A DNA stretch of 63,296 nucleotides, counting the filler. It is 11 parts of 11 records of this genome, joined end to end, with 100 filler letters (N's around TTAATTAATTAA, not from the genome) between each part and the next. Parts side by side here need not be neighbours in the genome. Positions count along the whole stretch, not along the records: positions 52,902 to 58,195 come from SRR31147125_125511; positions 58,296 to 63,296 come from SRR31147125_125519; 9 more parts are not named here. One strand, written 5' to 3'. Position numbers and translations under genes: made by a program. Shown here piece after piece: positions 56,269 through 63,296 of the stretch. Each line of letters begins with the position of its first letter. The stretch's first letter is position 1. The notes below the pieces were generated by a model that worked only from the letters and a program-made list of their open reading frames with translations, made no database searches and was not told the origin of the DNA.

Positions 56269-56826
56269 TCAATACCGATCATATTCGATGGTGAGCTGAT
56301 GATATTCACGCTGTTTCAAGGAGATTTCTCTTTCCTTTTCCGTAATCTTCCGCTCCAATCTACCGATTTCCCGTTGATTCTCTTTGATTTCATTCAACAA
56401 TCGTCTGCGATCGCCTTCTGATTGATCGGCGGCGATCAGGGCATCTTCGCAGTCCTTGACCTCACCTTTAAGATCATCCACCTTTCTTTTTGCTGTACGG
56501 ACGGATCGTTTCAGTTTGTCGATGTCACTGGAGACGGCATAAAACCGACGTCCGATGGTATAACCGGAAAGAAAGGCCTCCTCCAGATCCGGAGGGCAAA
56601 CGCCATTGTAGCTCCTTCCCTTTTTACCGGCTAGAAATCCGTTGGGCTCGGTGCAGTATTGGCGGGTGCCGTTGGTATGGCCTTTTATGTATGCATCCAG
56701 GTTCGGTACAATATCGTACTTTGCACATGCTTTGCGATGATTGCTCACATAGGACGGCAGCCGCCCTTCCCCGCCGTCTTCGAATCCGATGAGTTCCCAA
56801 TCCGCATTTCGGCACTCTGTGGCCAT
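56269..56826 (-). CDS. DUF2799-like protein with C-terminal coiled coil (no signal peptide seen)
   Basis: EC..ADW..IG.EDG..G, C, Y..G...G...YC....GF..G..G..Y.GVCP...E.AF..GY..G pattern. Confidence 0.7.
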   Translation of the reverse strand: MATECRNADWELIGFEDGGEGRLPSYVSNHRKACAKYDIVPNLDAYIKGHTNGTRQYCTEPNGFLAGKKGRSYNGVCPPDLEEAFLSGYTIGRRFYAVSSDIDKLKRSVRTAKRKVDDLKGEVKDCEDALIAADQSEGDRRRLLNEIKENQREIGRLERKITEKEREISLKQREYHQLTIEYDRY

Positions 56827-57130
56827 ATGGGATAGTAAAAAATGAGTCTGATTTGACTGGGCGGCATTGATTTTTAAGACAAAGCCTTGTAAGGGTTAAA
56901 ACGACTGCGGGGCCCCCGCAGCCATGTACCTTTTCTTAAAGATTTGGTTTTTTATACAAGAATTGAGGGGTAAGGTAATAAAATAGATAAATATCAAAAC
57001 GACTCAAGAGTCGTAAGCTCTCTTCCCTATCACCATATATTGTATTTTTTGATCCCATGAGGAATATTATCGGGTAGCGGTCGTTTAGAGAACTTATGAC
57101 TGAAGAGTCAAAACCAAAATGGAGTGATGA

Positions 57131-57820
57131 ATGCAGTTACGCGGCTCCGGTTTGCACCTAACCTATCCGGGAAACGGGGCAGCCGTGATCGACAATCTCA
57201 ATTTTACCATGACCCCGGGGTTCAATGCGGTCTTCGGCCCCTCCGGCGTCGGAAAAACAACCTTTGCAAAGATGATTACCAAGGTCCGGCCGCCGACCCG
57301 CGGGACTTTGGAGACCCGTCAGATCGACCATATTCTCTATACCTACAATCTTGAGCGGCTTCCGGGGTGGTCCGGCGTTGGAAACCACCTGGACAAAGTG
57401 ACACCGGATGGAAAGACGGGCCTGAAGGAACGATTGATCGAGAGTTTCGGGCTTCAGGATCTATTGAATCAGCGTTTTTTTCAGCTTTCCATGGGCCAGC
57501 AGAATCGTATCAATTTGATTCGTTACCTGCTTCAGCAATTCGATCTTCTGGTGATGGACGAAAGTCTTGCCAATGTGGATGAATCCTTGAGAGAAGAGAT
57601 CATTCTCACCATCAAAGCCCTGTTTCCGGACAAGATGTTTATCTACATCTCCCATCATCTCATGGAGGTCTCGAAATTCTGCAATCAGATTCTCGTGTTC
57701 GCCAATCCCTCCACCCAAAGACGCTACTCCCTTTTGACCGGGCAAAATTATCGAAAAGGCGAACCCCTCGATAAAGCAAAGCTCGATGCCACCATGTTGG
57801 AGATCATGAATGCTTTTTAG
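57131..57820 (+). CDS. ABC transporter ATP-binding protein (TauB/SsuB-like, divergent)
   Basis: GPSGVGKT, LSMGQQNR, LVMDE, ISH. Confidence 0.88.
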   Translation: MQLRGSGLHLTYPGNGAAVIDNLNFTMTPGFNAVFGPSGVGKTTFAKMITKVRPPTRGTLETRQIDHILYTYNLERLPGWSGVGNHLDKVTPDGKTGLKERLIESFGLQDLLNQRFFQLSMGQQNRINLIRYLLQQFDLLVMDESLANVDESLREEIILTIKALFPDKMFIYISHHLMEVSKFCNQILVFANPSTQRRYSLLTGQNYRKGEPLDKAKLDATMLEIMNAF

Positions 57821-58195
57821 ACGAATCTTTCAGTTCATCATTGTCTACGTTGTCGGGGTGTTGTTTCTGTTTTTTGTCAAATATGCCCTCTCCCTATCCG
57901 ACTATGTGATTCCGGGATTGCCTGAGCTGGCCACAACCGCCCAGACCTATTTCAAAAGTTTTTTTTTCGATGTGATGGATACCCTTGAGGTGACGGTGCT
58001 GGGTCAGGTAATCTCCATCGTGATGGCCTTTACCGTGGGAATCTCAGGTCGAAAGTCTTCCTGGATCGGTTCTTTTATCAAGGTAACGGCGTACAATATC
58101 CAGGCGTTTCCCATTGTGGCGCTGGCACCCATTATCTTTATTTTGCTGGGAGACGGCTTTCTCTCCAGGCTGCTCATCGCCTCCATGATCTGCTA
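57810..58195 (+). CDS. ABC transporter permease (TauC/SsuC-like, 3' truncated)
   Basis: TM helices, YVIP, QAFPIVALAP; overlaps the ATPase. Confidence 0.8.
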
Positions 58196-58295
58196 NNNNN
58201 NNNNNNNNNNNNNNNNNNNNNNNNNNNNNNNNNNNNNNNTTAATTAATTAANNNNNNNNNNNNNNNNNNNNNNNNNNNNNNNNNNNNNNNNNNNN

Positions 58296-58406
58296 CCCAC
58301 CCATCAGGGAAATCGACGGCCAACCGTGTTGAAACTCAGCATACGCTGAAACAGCCAGACTCAATAAACAGACAAGGAGCACACAATATCGCATCAGGAT
58401 TTTCAT
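58296..58406 (-). CDS. 5' end of an exported protein (truncated)
   Basis: MKILMRYCVLLVCLLSLAVSAYA signal-peptide-like start running into the gap. Confidence 0.45.
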
Positions 58407-58532
58407 GGTCACTCTCATAACTGTAGAGGGAGAAGGTTCGGTCATATGGCGAACACAAAGCTCAACGGAGCTAAAGTGAGCAAACTCCATGCCGCTGCAA
58501 TCATTCTAGAATTGTTAAACAGAGATTACGAC

Positions 58533-58562
58533 AAAAAAAACGGGCCCGGAAAACCGGGCCCG
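58533..58562 (-). terminator. Rho-independent terminator of the multiheme cytochrome gene
   Basis: Minus strand CGGGCCCGG-TTTT-CCGGGCCCG followed by T8. Confidence 0.85.
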
Positions 58563-58588
58563 AATGTATTGCATCTTATGCAAGGTGT

Positions 58589-61500
58589 TTATGGAATATC
58601 ATCTGTTACTGTGAAGGTAAATGACGCTGTTCCCAAAATAACAGTCTCAGTCGTCGGGTTACCCCACATATCAGTTCCTTCGATAACATCTTCTGCACGG
58701 ACGATAATGTTGTACTCATAGTTACCACCGTTCAGATACATGTCATAGGCACGGAACTGATGTGTAGCACCTTGTGCCGTCAGGTTGGTACTGGCGTTGG
58801 TGACAACTTCGCGATCTCCGTCACCCCAGATGATATAGAGTTGATCAGCTTGGCCATCAACCTCATCACCTGTTGGCAGGTTATTAAAGACGACATATTG
58901 AGCAGTCGAAACGCCTGTACCTTCTTCAGTATCCGGTACAAAGCCTATGGCCTCTGAAATTGCCGGTGTAACCACAACGTCTTGATGGACTTGGGCCAGC
59001 TGGCCTTCCTCATCAATAACCTTGAGAGTCACTGTCCAGGTTCCGACAGCATCAAAGGTTTTGGCAACTGTCGCGCCTTCAAGCGTCTCATCAGCTGTGT
59101 CGTTGCAGATCCAGCCGTAAGAAACGGTACCAGCGTTGACAGTTTCGTCAGCAATCAGATCAACCGTGCTACCAACTTCAACAGTTGCAGGAACACTTGA
59201 AATGGTTGCTACTGGAGGCTGACCAATACCGAAATCGGCCGGTGTCAGTGCTTCCAGAGGACCTGCATCATCAGGATCGACGAACAGAGTATTCAGATAG
59301 TCAACCCACTCATCACGCGTGTTGAATTCACCGTCGAAGCCAGGGTTACCTAATTCGTACTCAGATTCGTAAATCGCTGTCCATGGGTTAGACTTATAAG
59401 CCATGGAAACCAGCTTCAGAGGTCCAGCGGCACTCAGAGGATGCAGACGAATGGTGTAACCTGTGTCTGCAGTAAAGGTGATACCACCGGAACCATTATC
59501 AGAAATGGTGAATTCAAAATCGGTGGCGAAAGTACCCAGGTTAGCGAGCAGGCCTGGAATACCATCGTTGGTTGTCAGTGCATCACCATCATCAACCGGG
59601 ATGTTAGCACTGAACTTCTTTGTCCGAGTAATAACATCAGTACCGTCATTAACTTGAACCTTGATGAACCATACGCGCTCATCACCACCCAGACCAATCA
59701 CATCAGAACTGGTGAAGGTTGTTCCGAAGTCAGCACTTGTCATGAAGGTATCTTCATAAACAGTTTTGGCGATTGGCAGTTCTTCTGTTGTCTTGTATGG
59801 AATTTCAGCTGTAGCTGCATCATTATCGTGGTCGTAAGTGATCGCTGAATCAGCTGTTATTACTTGAGAAGCCAGGGAACGCTTAGCAAAACGGTCCTTG
59901 ACATTCGGATGCATATCAGTCGCCTGGGTCATACCGTTGACCTTGGTAAAGGCAACGACGTCATTATCCCAGTAGATTGTGGTTGCATCACCAGTCGTCT
60001 TGATCGAGCCATTCCAGAAGTTTGACGCACTGGAGTGACAATCGAGACATGGGTTAGCGTTAACAACAGCACCTTCCGGATCGTTCCCACGACCGGAACC
60101 CCAAGCCATAGCGGCTGGAGAAACACCATGCTGATCTTTAAAGGCAACATGCATCATGGACAGCTTGACATCAGAAGTCGGATCGCCCGCTTGTGGTCCA
60201 GCAACTCCGTAAACCCAGGTATCGAGAACAGTGTTCAGTGCATCGATCCGTGCATTGATGAGGGCAGGAGTGATAACAGCGGTACCCAACTGATCGTCAT
60301 AATTATCACCAGTCAGGGATGTCCAGCCATTGTCTTCGTTCATCTTGTTGACCTGGGTCATCAAGATCGCGTCCATACCGGCACCGCGGCCGTCTCTGTT
60401 CGCGTCAAAGGTGGTGTTGCCACCGTTATCACGGAAGAACATGGTGTTCAGGTAGCTGGCACGGATCAGTTTGCCACCAACCCAGGACAGACCCGAATTA
60501 TCAGTCATGTCTTCTTTAATAACCGCGTCACCTTCATGGTCAGTCAAACGACCGGCAAGGTCATTACCGGAGGCATCAACCATCGGGTTCCCGTTGTTGT
60601 GCCAGGTACCGTCATCCACTTTACGGCTGTGACAGGTGCTACAAGCCATCAGGTCGATGTGGCTGATCGAAGGAGTTCCGTCAAGAGCAACACCGTCGCC
60701 CTTAACAGCCTGAACGATATTGGCAGTCAAACCGTAAGCAGCGTGAGCAGCGTTCGGGTTTGGTGCACCGTAGGCTTGGCCTGTTTCTACATAAGTGTCC
60801 GGCTCAAGATCGCCATCGGTATCAACGTACTCACCAAAACCAGTTCCGTTAATATGACAGTCGGCGCAGGATTTGAATGCGGCCTTGTCATTGGCATTGT
60901 AGAGACTGCTGAACGGTGCAGCGCCCTTGGCAGGATCATGACCGAGGAGGCCGGAACCTTGCGTTGCGTAACCATCGGCTCCGAGATAATCGTAACCACC
61001 CGGTTGAGCTGCGGTCGGCTTACGCTCGTGACAGCCCATGCAACCGAGGCTGACGTGAACTTCGTACTGACCATCCACCGGAATCACTTCTGTGTGAGTT
61101 ACGTTACCATCCGCATCCGCATGGCTGTCGCTTGGATCGTAGTATTTTTGCGTGTAAGTTCCAGGCCAGTTATCACCACGCTTCTTCCAGTCAACAGCAG
61201 GCTTGCTCATGTGACAGAAGGCGCAGTTTTCAGATGCCGGCAGGCCGGCGATGTTGTCGTTAAACCACTCGCCAGGAATTGCATAGGTACCGGTATAGTC
61301 ATAAGTCAGCCCAGTATGACCAGAGGTATAAACGATATCTGTAGCTAACATGCTTGGATCATCGGTAATGTAGTTAACGGTTGTTCCGTAACCTGCTGGG
61401 GCTGCGTCAAAAGTAGTTCCAGCAGCATTATCGATTGTCGCGTTCCAAGTCAAATCGTTCTCAGTTGCAAAACCGGCGGCAACGGCGCGGGTCGCGTCGA

Positions 61501-62386
61501 TCTTGGCACGACGAAGCAGGTAAGTCCGCTCGCCATAGTTGTAGCCTGGCAGGTGACAGAGCAGACAGTCCATCTCCATAACACCGGTATTGGCGTAGTC
61601 GATGTACATGGCTTCCTGCTCGTTCCCATCGCGGTCAACATCATAGGTGTCGATAAAGAAGTTAAATGCGGTCATGTCATCAACAGACACGGCACCTTGC
61701 GTATTTCCAAGACCCTGCGCAGCAGCATCAGGACCGGTGGTCAGGTTACGCAGAGGAGTTCTGGCATCCAGGTTGGAGAATGGCACGTATTCCATACCAC
61801 CGCCACCAACGTGACATTCACCACAATCCATGATAACGCCGGCAACAGAGATGTCGACTTTTTCACGGAAGGTCACAACATCAACGTCAGTCGTGGAGAT
61901 GTCTGCGTAATCGTAAATTGTCCAACTATTTGAATTAACTTCAGTGTACTGTGCATTCAAGGCATCATAAGAGCTCATGCCGCTCGGACCGTTGAAAAGT
62001 CTCGCCAACTGGCGAGCCGAAGGCGGTCACCACTTACCCAAGTGGCCGGGGCTCTGAACCCAGTTCTTACCCTTAGCAGCGACGCCGCTCTTAAAGCTGT
62101 TTGGGGAGTCCGGGTTGAAGGGGTTCCAACCGAAGAACTGGTTGGCACCAATCTGTGCATGGTAAGAGTGTTTCTCAATCGAATCGTAAGTGTGGCAGCT
62201 ACCACAGGTGTTTTTTGCACTGTAGGCAATGTTACTACCTGCAGGAATTGGATTATCATTGGCATCCATCAATTGCACTGGCGGATGGTGATCGGCAGCA
62301 AAAGTGCTACCAACAAAACCGACCGTAAACAAACAGGCCAGCAGTGCTGTTAGCAATAAGTGCCCTTTAAATTTCATCGTTCTCAT
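58589..62386 (-). CDS. Secreted octaheme c-type cytochrome selenoprotein (~1265 aa, Sec at codon 120) with C-terminal PKD-like domains
   Basis: ORFs 62027-62515 and 58589-62008 are in the same frame, separated only by TGA 62029-62027 (..SPGHLGKW-U-PPSARQLARLF..). AGGAG RBS and signal peptide; CGSCH, CGECH, CLLCH, CAFCH, CMGCH, CADCH, CSTCH, CLDCH; PKD-like motifs GTWTVTLKV and WGDG. Confidence 0.88.
62001..62016 (-). promoter_or_regulatory. SECIS-like hairpin after the in-frame UGA
   Basis: mRNA: UGA-CCGCCUUCGG-CUCGCC-AGUU-GGCGAG; perfect stem starting at +11 with GU in the apical loop. Confidence 0.7.
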
Positions 62387-62578
62387 TTCAATTTTCTCCT
62401 TTAATATAAAACTCTCAAAATAATCTTTTCTCTCAAGAAGCAAATTGACCTTATGGAACCTCCTTGTTTCTTTTGCGTTGTTTGTCTTTTTGTCGTCCTT
62501 GCGTGTTGGGGGCACGATTTAAGTTCGACAAAACGACAGGTGGTAAAAAGACAGAAAGAGCCACTGGCCTGAACAATG

Positions 62579-62594
62579 TGCAGTGACTGTGCCT
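62579..62594 (-). promoter_or_regulatory. Possible sigma54 promoter of the cytochrome gene
   Basis: Minus strand AGGCACAGTCACTGCA (GG-N10-GC), about 190 nt upstream of the ATG; IHF-like AT-rich site near 62635-62647. Confidence 0.4.
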
Positions 62595-62893
62595 ATGCAC
62601 AGTCTGAGCCTGTCATTTTATTTAATGAGTCCATAACATACTGAATTATAGACAGAAATTTACGATTAAACTGGCTTTATGATGAAGGTCTAAATAAAAT
62701 CCTATCAAAGTAAGAAGGGTCCAATGGTGTTTCGCCCGAATAAATAATGGGGGTGGGCATTTCCCCTCATTAGAGAAAAATCGGCATCCCATCACCCTTC
62801 CTTATAGCCCGGCATTTTATCTGGATTTAGTTTGTGCCGGAGAGATATTGAGTAACCGTGCCCCTCTAAAATTCTTGATAATTGGACAAAACC

Positions 62894-63296
62894 GACGGGT
62901 CTCGTCCCGTCACACGAGTTACTTTTCTGGTCGATCCAGAAAAGTAACCAAAAGAGATCGCCCCGATGTCCGCGTCTGCTGTCGCAGACTCCTTCCACTC
63001 CGCCTATCGGCAACGCGCGAGCAAAACTCGCCTGCGGCTCAAACATTCTTCGCTTTTTCCGTTGCCGATAAGCTGCGTTCCAGCGCTGACATAAGGGGGT
63101 GGGTTTCTCACAGACTCAGAACTAGACAAGCAGACCACAAAAACATTTCATCGATATTCGTTAGTTCACCCCTGTGAGCGAAGCGAGGTCGGGACCTTTT
63201 GGTTTCTGCTAAGAAAAGGGAGGAGATGTTTTTCTGGACCTTCGTGGAATCGAAGCACCGACTCCAGCGACAGAAATAGAAGCCGATTTTTGCATC
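62894..63296. repeat. Multi-hairpin non-coding (MITE/REP-like) element
   Basis: Stems GACGGG/CCCGTC (62894-62911), 13-bp GTTACTTTTCTGG/CCAGAAAAGTAAC (62918-62948), GTCTGC/GCAGAC (62974-62989), 11-bp TATCGGCAACG/CGTTGCCGATA (63005-63070). Confidence 0.55.

Noticed and set aside
60035-61348. 437-aa plus-strand ORF (also 2349-3473 and 51252-52559)
   Set aside because: Antisense to well-supported genes; no recognisable motifs.
62027-62029. Alternative genetic code (UGA=Trp/Gly) as the reason for the in-frame TGA
   Set aside because: Only one TGA in about 1265 codons while the adjacent Trp uses TGG, and it is followed by a SECIS-like hairpin. In the other selenoprotein contig TGA ends neighbouring genes.

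Overview
The window is not one locus. It is 11 unrelated 5-7 kb fragments joined by identical 100-bp spacers (N44-TTAATTAATTAA-N44), and base composition and gene content differ sharply between fragments, as expected for concatenated metagenomic contigs from anaerobes (several look Desulfobacterota- or spirochaete-like; taxonomy is inferred). Fragments: (1) 1-5129 IS remnants plus ureDABCEF; (2) 5230-12014 Lhr C-terminus, sigma54 response regulator, ltaE, two HADs, 2-hydroxyacid dehydrogenase; (3) 12115-17771 acyl-CoA synthetase, DUF309, an uncalled two-Sec glutaredoxin-like gene, Nudix, surE, retropepsin; (4) 17872-23268 rubredoxin/ferredoxin, MFS, PelD-like and DUF2194-like genes; (5) 23369-28603 MlaE, PHP, two Crp-type proteins, FadR; (6) 28704-35333 pckG, SLT, hutH, guaB; (7) 35434-40910 non-acylating ALDH/Fe-ADH fusion and a large regulator-like protein; (8) 41011-46944 Cyc2-like cytochrome-porin, pentaheme cytochrome, ccsA/ResB-like, hutI; (9) 47045-52801 DUF169, radical SAM, metallophosphoesterase, ParB/Srx-Lrp fusion, GltD-like; (10) 52902-58195 large membrane protein, ilvN, DUF2799, ABC; (11) 58296-63296 a giant secreted multiheme cytochrome. 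The best signals are two UGA-recoded genes that the ORF track splits or misses. One is a ~1265-aa octaheme PKD-domain cytochrome (62386-58589) with an in-frame UGA followed by a SECIS-like hairpin. The other is a 71-aa glutaredoxin-like protein with two UGA codons (14402-14617). Several frameshifts sit in homopolymer runs and are probably sequencing errors. Family assignments come from motif recognition only; no searches were run.
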